From contig CAZPVH010000006.1 in the NCBI GenBank assembly GCA_964589975.1, forward strand, positions 1 through 34,712: a stretch of DNA of 34,712 nt, in the 5' to 3' direction. The notes below the pieces were generated by a model, which was not told the DNA's origin, ran no database searches, and worked only from the letters and a program-made list of their open reading frames with translations. A program made the translations under genes and the position numbers. This DNA is from an uncultured Candidatus Saccharibacteria bacterium (lineage in GTDB: Bacteria; Patescibacteriota; Minisyncoccia; Phycocordibacterales; CSBR16-119). Below are positions 17,141 through 25,290 of this stretch, piece by piece; the first letter of the stretch is position 1; every line of letters starts with the position of its first letter.

Positions 17141-17338
17141 TTTATACTCGAGGATTTCGCCAGGCTGACAGTCAAGGGCTTTGCAGATGGCGGAGAGGGT
17201 TTCTAGGCGAACGGCTTTGGCTTTACCGTTTTTGAGGATAGAAATATTTGCCATCGTGATACCGACTTTTTCTGATAACTCCGTGACGCTCATCTTCCGC
17301 TTCGCGAGCATGACATCGATGTTAATGATTATGGACAT
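17135..17338 (-). CDS. Cro/C1-type HTH regulator (YozG-like)
   Basis: LAKRKMSVTELSEKVGITMANISILKNGKAKAVRLETL...LDCQPGEIL. Confidence 0.92.
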   Translation of the reverse strand: MSIIINIDVMLAKRKMSVTELSEKVGITMANISILKNGKAKAVRLETLSAICKALDCQPGEILEYKK

Positions 17339-17342
17339 ACAA

Positions 17343-17840
17343 TTAGACAGTTAGTTCGTTTTCCCTCTTCATATCAATAGCATTGCGGAGAAGCTTCTGG
17401 AGGAGCGCCGCGAAGACTGCGACCACAAGCGCCGCGCCGACGAATCCCATGCTGATGACCACCACTCCCGGCGCGTCATCAAGCTGCGCGAACATATAAA
17501 AGAACGGCGAAGCGGCGGCCATGAAAACGCTGATGGCGATAGCGCAGTATTTAATATTTCCGAGAGCCTTTGTCGACAGCTCTGAGAACGCAATATTTTT
17601 ATCAATGAAGCCAAGTAGTTTCCAAGACTGCCAAAGAGCAATTAGAAACGGTAGCGCCGATGCATACATGCCGATTATGATTGCGCGGCCCGGCTTCATG
17701 AACATCTGATCCTCAAACGTGAAGCTTCGCCACATCTCGGGAAAAGCAAGTATGCAAAGCGCAAGCGCAGCGAGCGCGATAAGTATTAATGCGAGTCGGA
17801 GAAATAGTGTAGACCCCTTTTTCTTTAAAATGTTTTCCAT
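17343..17840 (-). CDS. DUF2975 membrane protein
   Basis: Four TM segments, IDKNIAFSELS, C-terminal AIDMKRENELTV; canonical pairing with a YozG-like HTH gene. Confidence 0.9.
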   Translation of the reverse strand: MENILKKKGSTLFLRLALILIALAALALCILAFPEMWRSFTFEDQMFMKPGRAIIIGMYASALPFLIALWQSWKLLGFIDKNIAFSELSTKALGNIKYCAIAISVFMAAASPFFYMFAQLDDAPGVVVISMGFVGAALVVAVFAALLQKLLRNAIDMKRENELTV

Positions 17841-18049
17841 ATTTCCTAATGAGGAGCATCGGCGAGCTTGCTCGCATGATCTCCGAGTGACGGAAATATA
17901 CGAGACGAGCGCAGCGAGGGCTCTTATATTTTTTAACTTATTTTTAACAAATATATCCTAGCATAGGCCTTATCGTAAATCAATATATATTTATTGTTAA
18001 TAATTCAGCAATCCATCACCCATTTAACCAAAGATGATAAGATATAAGC

Positions 18050-18454
18050 ATGCAAGCATATAACTGGTACAGCACACTCCTGAAACCCTCTTGGGCTCCC
18101 CCGTCATGGCTATTCGGTCCGGTATGGACGATTCTATATGCCATCATCGCCGCCTCTTTCGGCACAGTCTTTTATAGGGCGTTCACGGGAAAAATTTCTT
18201 GGATTGTCGCTCTACCCTTTGCCCTAAATCTGTTGTTTAATTTTCTGTTTACGCCGCTCCAATTCGGACTCAAGAACAATCTCCTTGCCGCAATCGACAT
18301 CTTGCTCGTGCTCGGCACACTCATCTGGGCGCTTGCCGCCCTTTGGCAAGCGCACTCCGAACTTCGCTGGATAGTCTATGCAAATATCCCATATCTGCTT
18401 TGGGTGAGTTTCGCAACAATCCTACAAATCACAATCACATATTTGAACAGGTAA
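18050..18454 (+). CDS. tspO: TspO/MBR tryptophan-rich sensory protein
   Basis: WYSTLLKPSWAPPSWLFGPVWTILY...PYLLWVSFATIL. Confidence 0.95.
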   Translation: MQAYNWYSTLLKPSWAPPSWLFGPVWTILYAIIAASFGTVFYRAFTGKISWIVALPFALNLLFNFLFTPLQFGLKNNLLAAIDILLVLGTLIWALAALWQAHSELRWIVYANIPYLLWVSFATILQITITYLNR

Positions 18455-18471
18455 ATAAATAAACGGTTCCT

Positions 18472-18506
18472 AAAAACAAAAGCTCCCCGCCGGATTGGCG
18501 GGGAGC
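18472..18506. terminator. Terminator between the convergent tspO and yjjX-like genes
   Basis: GCTCCCCGCC-GGATT-GGCGGGGAGC with an A-rich left flank. Confidence 0.8.
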
Positions 18507-18513
18507 AATATGG

Positions 18514-19035
18514 TTAAAGCTGCAGTAGGGCTGTCTTCAAGGCGTTCACGAGCGTCATGGCCCGAGTCACGCGCCCATTTGTCAGAGTCGCATGAGGGTC
18601 GGTCGGATCACCACCAATACTCTCTGCGACAATAGATCCGACCGTGGTCGACAGAAAACCGCAATCTTCTGCAACCTTTACGCAATGCTCAGGGAACTGT
18701 ACCCCTTCGGACGTGGTAAGGACTTCCCTGCCGTCCGGAGTAAGCAGAACAATAGCGGCAATGTCGAGTGTGGTTGGGGCCTCCGGCAGAAAACGAAATA
18801 TGCCGCTTTCAATACCAATCGCGATACTCCGAGGAAAGCGGATCTTGATCGATGTTGCTCGGTTAATAGCACCCCTGAACGTCTCATCAAAACCGACGGG
18901 TTGCTCGCTTTGTCCGGAGAGGGTCTTCGCTCCATCAACTGTGGCACTGAGCCCAAGAATGCGGCAAGCCTCGCGGACTGCCTCGAGTTTATGGGGGCTC
19001 GTCGAGCCGACCATGATGCTTATGGGTTTCTCCAT
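18514..19035 (-). CDS. yjjX: Non-canonical purine NTP phosphatase (ITPase/XTPase, YjjX family)
   Basis: VGSTSPHK, SGQSEQPVGFDETFRGAINRA, IGIESGI, LTNGRVTR. The start at 19035 fits a TTGACA-17-TAGTGT promoter at 19086-19058. Confidence 0.85.
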   Translation of the reverse strand: MEKPISIMVGSTSPHKLEAVREACRILGLSATVDGAKTLSGQSEQPVGFDETFRGAINRATSIKIRFPRSIAIGIESGIFRFLPEAPTTLDIAAIVLLTPDGREVLTTSEGVQFPEHCVKVAEDCGFLSTTVGSIVAESIGGDPTDPHATLTNGRVTRAMTLVNALKTALLQL

Positions 19036-19057
19036 GTGGAAAGATTTTTCTGACAAT

Positions 19058-19125
19058 ACACTACAATATTTTATATAAAATGTCAATTTCTTCCCTTTTA
19101 TTCTATTCTTTAAATATGATAGAAT
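19058..19125. promoter_or_regulatory. Back-to-back promoters of yjjX and the dioxygenase/GT operon
   Basis: Minus strand TTGACA (19086-19081), 17 bp, TAGTGT (19063-19058). Plus strand TGaTAGAAT (19117-19125). Palindrome ATTTTATATAAAAT (19068-19081) between them. Confidence 0.6.
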
Positions 19126-19134
19126 ACGGGCCTG

Positions 19135-20271
19135 ATGCTGCTGGATGATCACATCAAAGATCTGGTAAAGAAAATCGAGCTTTCTGACACCAAAGATTCA
19201 GCTTCTCTAAACTCAAATCTCCGCGAACTCATACACAGTCTTCGCACGAGCCTGAAGCGTCCCGAAGTACAGGAGAGATATAATTCATACAAAAACGATC
19301 ATGGAATGATCGGGAAATATCCGATTGATGCTGATGGTTTTGCTTTAGCGTTTGATCCCCTCGAAGATGAAGCCGGCTTTTGGAACACATGGTTAACGTA
19401 CGGAATGGTTGTCGGTAAGAATGTTGTCTCAAAAGAAATCTGCGAGCAAGCGATCAAGAGAATGCACGAAATAGTTCGGGAAATAAGCGACGGCAGGTGC
19501 GAACTTGATAAGCCGGAGATATGGAAAGACGCGCCGACGGACTCTGAAGGAATCTCTTTCATCTCCCGGGGCTTCTTTGAGGTGTATCACGACAAAGCGC
19601 TCTCGGATATCCGTCAGTCGATCAGACTCTATATTCACCACGTTATGATTTGGGGCCGGGTAGATCTATGGACCAGCTTTGACCGTTTGGGTGTGAAGCT
19701 CCCGGGACATTCGGAATCCTATGCCCTGCCCCTTCGTGTAGACCAGAACCCCCTGATCCATCCAAACTTTAAAACCATCCAAGGAGTCTTGGCTCTTTCT
19801 GACTGCCCAAAAGAGCGCGGAACATTCGTCGGAGTGCCTGGGTCGCGCTCGGTATTCGGCGAATATGCGCGCTTCGCGCCAGATCATGGAGAATTCGTCG
19901 AGCTCGCGTCAACAGATCCGATTGCCGAAACTCTAAAAAAGAGCGCGCAGACAATTCCCCTTCGTGCTGGAGACATCGTGACATGGGACAGCCGAACAAC
20001 GCACGCAAATTCCGAGAACATTTCATCTGAGACTCGCTATGTGGCCTACGTCGCCGCTGGTCCCGCCCGAGAAGATAGTCCTGAACTAGCGCGCGTTCGC
20101 ATGGAAGCGTTTGAGACGGGAGTCGGCAGCAACGTGCGCGAGGCCCTAATGCACGCAAGCAAGAAAGCCCGCTATTCAGATCATGAAAAACTACGACGTG
20201 CTAGAAGTCCCGAAGAACTAACGCTCCTCGGTCAACTTCTCTATGGCAAAGAAAAATATGAAAAAATCTAA
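19135..20271 (+). CDS. PhyH-like Fe(II)/2-oxoglutarate dioxygenase fold protein (first metal ligand reads Arg, not His)
   Basis: WTSFDR...LPLRVDQNP...IQGVLALSD...GTFVGVPGS...AGDIVTWDSRTTHAN...RYVAYV. Confidence 0.8.
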   Translation: MLLDDHIKDLVKKIELSDTKDSASLNSNLRELIHSLRTSLKRPEVQERYNSYKNDHGMIGKYPIDADGFALAFDPLEDEAGFWNTWLTYGMVVGKNVVSKEICEQAIKRMHEIVREISDGRCELDKPEIWKDAPTDSEGISFISRGFFEVYHDKALSDIRQSIRLYIHHVMIWGRVDLWTSFDRLGVKLPGHSESYALPLRVDQNPLIHPNFKTIQGVLALSDCPKERGTFVGVPGSRSVFGEYARFAPDHGEFVELASTDPIAETLKKSAQTIPLRAGDIVTWDSRTTHANSENISSETRYVAYVAAGPAREDSPELARVRMEAFETGVGSNVREALMHASKKARYSDHEKLRRARSPEELTLLGQLLYGKEKYEKI

Positions 20272-21346
20272 ACTAAAAATCATATTGAATGCTGAGCCTT
20301 TCGGCTTCGGTCCGACCGCGGCTATCGCGACATTCTTTCCTTTCATCCGCGAAAAATTCGAATATGTCGGATACCTCGGCAAACGCCACACGCTAGATCT
20401 GCAAAAGGATCTTTCCTACGACGCTATTCACGACGCTTCCGATTTATCCGACGAAGAAATAAAGAACGTCCTAAGCACCTATGATATCTTCGTGACCGCT
20501 CTCGATTTCGAGACTGCTGCTTTGGCTAAATCCGCCGGATTGAAAGTGATAATTTACGATCCGCTTACTTGGTATTGGAAAATTATTCCGCCGATAGTTA
20601 GCGCGAGCGATATGTATCTCGCGCAGGATTTCTTCGGTGTCAAAGAAAGATTAACGAAGGAGCCCGACCTGTTTCCAGAGAATATCAAAATCATCCCACC
20701 GATCGTGTCTCAGAGGCGGCAAAGGAATTCAAAGAAATATGTTCTCATAAATCTTGGTGGCCTACAGAACCCACTCTGGTCAGTTGATGACGTTTTCGAA
20801 TACGCAAAAACATTTATCGGGGCCATCAAGGCATGCCTGGCGCCAGACGAAGAATTGGTCGTGGCTACCAGCAATGCCGTGGCCATGAAGATGAACGATG
20901 AAAAGGTTCGTAATTACAGTCGGAGCGAGATGTTTGAAATCCTAGAAAATACTAAATACGCTTTCATGACGGCGGGACTCGGAAATATATATGACGCAGC
21001 AAAGTTTGATATACCGACAATTTGGTTGCCTCCGGCAAATGACAGCCAGGGACAGCAGCTAGAAATCTTGAAACGGCAAAACCTAACTGACGGCCAGATA
21101 GATTGGTCTCTTTTGGGAAAGCCGATAGACTACTTTGACAAACAGACAGCGGTCCTCAAAAATATTAAGGAAGCAATATATTCTGCGCCTGGCAGTTCTA
21201 CGCTTGAGAGCGTGGTGTCCGCGGCATGTGAGAAAATTAATGACAAAGGAAGTAGCATAACCTCTGCCCTATTGGATAAGTTCGGCACCGGCGGCGCGGA
21301 AAAGGTAGCCGATTTAATATTTGAATTTAGCGATTCAATCGAATAA
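20258..21346 (+). CDS. GT-B glycosyltransferase resembling cytosylglucuronate (CGA) synthases MilC/BlsD
   Basis: AEPFGFGP, ALDF, YDPLTWYW, INLGGLQNP, TAGLGNIYDA and IPTIWLPPANDSQ match my recollection of CGA-synthase-family motifs; not database-verified. Confidence 0.6.
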   Translation: MKKSKLKIILNAEPFGFGPTAAIATFFPFIREKFEYVGYLGKRHTLDLQKDLSYDAIHDASDLSDEEIKNVLSTYDIFVTALDFETAALAKSAGLKVIIYDPLTWYWKIIPPIVSASDMYLAQDFFGVKERLTKEPDLFPENIKIIPPIVSQRRQRNSKKYVLINLGGLQNPLWSVDDVFEYAKTFIGAIKACLAPDEELVVATSNAVAMKMNDEKVRNYSRSEMFEILENTKYAFMTAGLGNIYDAAKFDIPTIWLPPANDSQGQQLEILKRQNLTDGQIDWSLLGKPIDYFDKQTAVLKNIKEAIYSAPGSSTLESVVSAACEKINDKGSSITSALLDKFGTGGAEKVADLIFEFSDSIE

Positions 21347-21348
21347 CT

Positions 21349-22236
21349 ATGTCATTATTTTTCTCAATTCCAGGTAACCTGACGATGAAAGTGACGAGTG
21401 ATAACAATCTTTCTTTTGGCGACTCTGAATATCTCTTACTTAAGGCTTACGTTCCGGGAATTACTTTGCTCAACTTAGAACCAGATCATATTGATTTAAC
21501 CGTTGAGCACATTGAATCCGAGGAGAAGAGACTCGTCCGCGAAGAGAGTCGAATACATATTTTTGACACTTGGAACGGAATGTTCCCCGATGATCTCTAT
21601 CATTTGATCTATGGAATCGTGAGGGTTGAATTTTTGAAAAGAAGTCTTTTCCCTGTCCACGGAGCATGCGTCGACATACATGGACAGATACTAATCATCG
21701 GTCACTCTGGCTCAGGCAAAACGTCTGTAGTCTTAAAGCTTGTCGAAAGCGGGAAGGCAAAGATTTTCTCGGGAAATAAAACAGTAGTAAAATTTGACCA
21801 AGCGCAGGAACTCATATCTGTTGCCGGAACAGAAACGATCACTATAAAGAATAGCGAAAAGGGGAAATTTACCCATTTGGAAATTAGAAATCCTGTCGAG
21901 CTCTGGAATCGCCTAGCGTTTACCCTTGATCGGGACAGTTATTCGGCGGAAACAAAGCCTGTTCGAGCCATCGTACTTGTTCGACTTAATGACGCTGTGG
22001 AGGAAAATAAAAAGTTAAGTGAATTGAGTGCCCTGCATAGCTTGTATCCATATTTCCTAGATGTCGTAAATGCAGACATCGTGATGGGCGGCACAGAAGA
22101 CGTTTTTGTCGGAACTCCGCCGAAAGGTGTAGAAAAATATCTTGTATCTCATTTAAAAAATGTTTTAAATAATCTCCCAGTTCATTCTATGGCCGGCTCT
22201 GCATCTTTTATATCTAGTGAGATATTAAAACTATGA
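21349..22236 (+). CDS. HprK-related P-loop kinase
   Basis: VHGACV...ILIIGHSGSGKTS. Confidence 0.7.
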   Translation: MSLFFSIPGNLTMKVTSDNNLSFGDSEYLLLKAYVPGITLLNLEPDHIDLTVEHIESEEKRLVREESRIHIFDTWNGMFPDDLYHLIYGIVRVEFLKRSLFPVHGACVDIHGQILIIGHSGSGKTSVVLKLVESGKAKIFSGNKTVVKFDQAQELISVAGTETITIKNSEKGKFTHLEIRNPVELWNRLAFTLDRDSYSAETKPVRAIVLVRLNDAVEENKKLSELSALHSLYPYFLDVVNADIVMGGTEDVFVGTPPKGVEKYLVSHLKNVLNNLPVHSMAGSASFISSEILKL

Positions 22237-23336
22237 AGAAATACAAGATACTTTATGGAGTATGCGGCATCGGGAATGGCCACGCCCAGCGCCAACTGCC
22301 TCTTATAAAATACTTTTCGGAGAATTCTATTATCGTAATCTTTTCCTATGGCAGCAGTTTTGACTTCTATGCGGAGCATTTTAAAGGACACACGAATATT
22401 ACTGTCGTTCCAGTAGCGGTGCCATTCTATATGGGAACAAAAGAAGGCATCGATCTTGAAGCCACTAAACAACTAGAAGCAAATAAAAAAGATTATTCCG
22501 GAATAAACGGATCGGCCATGTCTACTGCCGAAGAGATAATAGGAACTCCCGATATAGTCATTAGCGACTACGAGCCAGTCAGCGCGGAATATGCCTATAA
22601 GCGCGGGAGCCCCCTAGTAACAATAGACCAGCAAAGCAAATATCTTTTCGGAAAATTCCCTGACGAACTCAATAGTGAAACATATGCTGCCGAGGTGGCG
22701 CGTCTCAAAATGTTTTTCCCGACGGCCGCCGCACGGATTGCGTGCTCGTTTTTTAACGTAACCAAAAAAGAAGGGGGCGAAGAAGTCCGCATACTTCCGC
22801 CGATACTAAAAGACGAGATTTTAGAAATAAAAAATGTTCCAGCAAATCCCCCCTCTGTCCTAATATACCTCTCGTCTCAAAAGGAATTCCCCCAACAACT
22901 TGAAGAAATTATTCGTATTTGTCTGAATAGACCCGAAATTAAATTCAACATTTTTGCGCACCATCAAGACAAGCATGCGGTATCTGGAAATGTAAATTTA
23001 TATAAGCACGGCGACGAGAGATTCTATGGAATCCTCGAGAAATGCTCCGGGATCATTTCCACCGCCGGACACACGCTGCTTTCGGAAGCCATGCATCTAG
23101 GTATTCCGGTATACGCGGTTCCGATAGCGACTTACGAACAAGAGATGAACGCCGAGACGATTGAGTTAAATGGTTTTGGTATTATGGCTCCCAGAATAGA
23201 TGAGGAAAGACTTGACTATTTTATGTCTAATTTAAATAGATTTCGAGAAGCCATACGATCGAACAGAAATGTCTTACTTAAAGGAAATGGAAAAGAAGAA
23301 ATTATTCAGTTCATTGAATCAGAGTATTTGTCTTAA
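22233..23336 (+). CDS. Glycosyltransferase, MJ1255/VC2487-like (GT-B)
   Basis: KILYGVCGIGNGHAQR, PDIVISDYEP, ISTAGHTLLSEA...EQEMNA; ATGA overlap with the upstream gene. Confidence 0.85.
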   Translation: MKKYKILYGVCGIGNGHAQRQLPLIKYFSENSIIVIFSYGSSFDFYAEHFKGHTNITVVPVAVPFYMGTKEGIDLEATKQLEANKKDYSGINGSAMSTAEEIIGTPDIVISDYEPVSAEYAYKRGSPLVTIDQQSKYLFGKFPDELNSETYAAEVARLKMFFPTAAARIACSFFNVTKKEGGEEVRILPPILKDEILEIKNVPANPPSVLIYLSSQKEFPQQLEEIIRICLNRPEIKFNIFAHHQDKHAVSGNVNLYKHGDERFYGILEKCSGIISTAGHTLLSEAMHLGIPVYAVPIATYEQEMNAETIELNGFGIMAPRIDEERLDYFMSNLNRFREAIRSNRNVLLKGNGKEEIIQFIESEYLS

Positions 23337-23378
23337 ATATTCCGCATTTTCTTAAGGTCGTGCTAAAATATCTCTCAT

Positions 23379-24107
23379 ATGCAAACAAACGAGGTTAAGA
23401 AATCCTTCCGACCAAAAAAACTCTCTATTGAAGAGATAAAGAACGGATGTATCTACGTCTACGGCGAGGACCACACCGAAAGCCAGATCTGCGTCATGAA
23501 CGAAGAGTTTCGGCAGGGATTCGAGATCGTAAAACGTAACAAAGACGGTAATAAATCAGTTACCTTTTGGGGATCTGCCAGACTTCCTATCGACAATGAG
23601 TACTACCAAAAAGCCTTGCGTTTGGGACGAAGGCTCGCTGGAGAACTAAACTGCATGATCGTGACAGGAGGTGGCCCAGGAATCATGGAAGCCGGCAATC
23701 GCGGTGCCTACGAAATGGGAAAACCGTCTCTCGGGCTCACTATTAACCTCCCTACTGAACAATTCACAAACCAATACGTGACCGAAGAAATCCCCTTTTA
23801 CTTCTTTTTTACCCGAAAAACCCTGATGGCATATTCTGCCGAAGCGTACCTTTACTTCCCCGGCGGCTTTGGAACGCTCGATGAGCTTTTCGAGATCCTG
23901 ACTTTGGTTCAAACGGGCAAAATTTCCCGTCTCCCAATAGTCTTGGTCGGAAAGAAGTTCTGGGAGCCCCTGGATCAATTCATCAAACAGACACTGCTTG
24001 TGGAGAATAAAACTATTTCCGAAGGGGATTTGGAGCTGTACAAGATACTTGATGACGAGGATGAGATAGTAAAGATTGTGAACAATGCGCCGATGCGCAA
24101 CGACTAG
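23379..24107 (+). CDS. LOG-family nucleotide monophosphate nucleosidase (TIGR00730-like)
   Basis: GGGPGIMEA and PGGFGTLDELFE; own TGcTAAAAT promoter at 23361-23369. Confidence 0.92.
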   Translation: MQTNEVKKSFRPKKLSIEEIKNGCIYVYGEDHTESQICVMNEEFRQGFEIVKRNKDGNKSVTFWGSARLPIDNEYYQKALRLGRRLAGELNCMIVTGGGPGIMEAGNRGAYEMGKPSLGLTINLPTEQFTNQYVTEEIPFYFFFTRKTLMAYSAEAYLYFPGGFGTLDELFEILTLVQTGKISRLPIVLVGKKFWEPLDQFIKQTLLVENKTISEGDLELYKILDDEDEIVKIVNNAPMRND

Positions 24108-24119
24108 CGGAAGGCTCCG

Positions 24120-24215
24120 CAAAACATAGTTTTTCTCTTCCTGCGAGACGCAAGCGCCCTCACACTCCTAGGTGTCGCTCCGGGTTGGTTCTCGGAAAAG
24201 AAAAACTATGTTTTG
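24120..24215. repeat. Long inverted-repeat element 1
   Basis: CAAAACATAGTTTTTCTCTTCC (24120-24141) against GGAAAAGAAAAACTATGTTTTG (24194-24215), 21 of 22 complementary. Confidence 0.85.
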
Positions 24216-24246
24216 ACTCCGCTGAAAGATGGACGGGGTGGCCATT

Positions 24247-24371
24247 GGAAAAATCCGCACGACGCCATGTCTAATTTCGCCTTAAAAGTCCGTACTGTCT
24301 GAGGAAAGCCAAAGCTTTCCGAGTTTACGGATCTTTTTGGCTGAAATTGACATGGCGTCGGCTATTTTTCC
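24247..24371. repeat. Long inverted-repeat element 2
   Basis: Nested arms GGAAAAAT/ATTTTTCC, CGACGCCATGTC/GACATGGCGTCG, AATTTC/GAAATT, TCCGTA/TACGGA, GGAAAGC/GCTTTCC. Confidence 0.85.
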
Positions 24372-24389
24372 TCAGGCCTTGATTTTTTG

Positions 24390-24417
24390 GTTACTTTTTT
24401 ATCAAGAAAAAAGTAAC
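24390..24417. repeat. Perfect 11-bp inverted repeat
   Basis: GTTACTTTTTT-ATCAAG-AAAAAAGTAAC. Confidence 0.75.
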
Positions 24418-24424
24418 GGAGAAA

Positions 24425-25171
24425 TTACCTAATTAAATTCCAAACCAGATCAAACATGGACTTACGACTCTTTACAAAGGAGTCGTTTTCTGTGACAAAG
24501 AGAAAGTTATCCCAGCGCGGCGATATGAACGCGGCAAAGTCATCCGTGATGATTTCCGTAAATGGAATCTTTGTTTCGGAAGGTAAAAGCTTAGAAACGC
24601 GATTCTGAACCGAATCATTTTTTATGAGTTTCCTGGCGTAGGGAGAGTCAACAATAAGCTGTCGGCTTTTGACTCCCAAGGCTTTCTTATTCTTTATGAT
24701 TTCATCCAGAATATATTTCTCTCGAACGAAGTCCAGAAAGTTTGAACCCTCGGTAATGATTCTAAATTCTTTACACTTGGAATCAAAGATCATTTGCCAA
24801 ATATGCTTGAATCCCGGCGCACCATAGAGAAAGTACACTCGTGGCTTATGCTGAACAGCCCGCTTCTTCTCCTCTATCTCATCAATGATGTCCTCGAATT
24901 CGGCTAAGCGATCACGCGTTCGACGCATAAGTTCCTTTGGAGCCGAAGCGACATAGAGAGTTTTTTTATTCCTTTTCGTCGTGACAACTACAGAGTCTTT
25001 TTGGAGTTTTTCTAAAATGTAGTAGAGACTTGTGCGCTTTATCTTCGACTGCTTCGCAATGTCTTGGATGGTTGCCTCACCAAGCTCAAGTACGGACAGA
25101 TATGCCCGAGCTTCTGTCTCAGAGAAGCCGAGGTTTGAGATAGTTTTGACGATTTTCTCATCTTCCTTCAT
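24425..25171 (-). CDS. TrmB-family transcriptional regulator
   Basis: LGFSETEARAYLSVLELGEATIQDIAKQSKIKRTSLYYILEKL N-terminal wHTH plus a PLD-like C-terminal domain. Confidence 0.9.
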   Translation of the reverse strand: MKEDEKIVKTISNLGFSETEARAYLSVLELGEATIQDIAKQSKIKRTSLYYILEKLQKDSVVVTTKRNKKTLYVASAPKELMRRTRDRLAEFEDIIDEIEEKKRAVQHKPRVYFLYGAPGFKHIWQMIFDSKCKEFRIITEGSNFLDFVREKYILDEIIKNKKALGVKSRQLIVDSPYARKLIKNDSVQNRVSKLLPSETKIPFTEIITDDFAAFISPRWDNFLFVTENDSFVKSRKSMFDLVWNLIR

Positions 25172-25290
25172 AAACCGAGTATATCACAACCTAAAATTTT
25201 TGTCGAATCTTTCGACAAAATCTATTGTGCCCGGATCAAAAAAAGCAGATGATTAGTACGAAAGGAAGAACCTTTAAAACCAGAAAAGCC

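Noticed and set aside
19036-19152. Long N-terminus of yjjX from the ORF track
   Set aside because: Overlaps the divergent gene's start and spans the TTGACA-17-TAGTGT promoter; family similarity begins after Met 19035.
24108-24420. CRISPR array or small CDS
   Set aside because: The repeats are inverted rather than direct with spacers, and there is no credible ORF. No CRISPR array was seen anywhere in the window.
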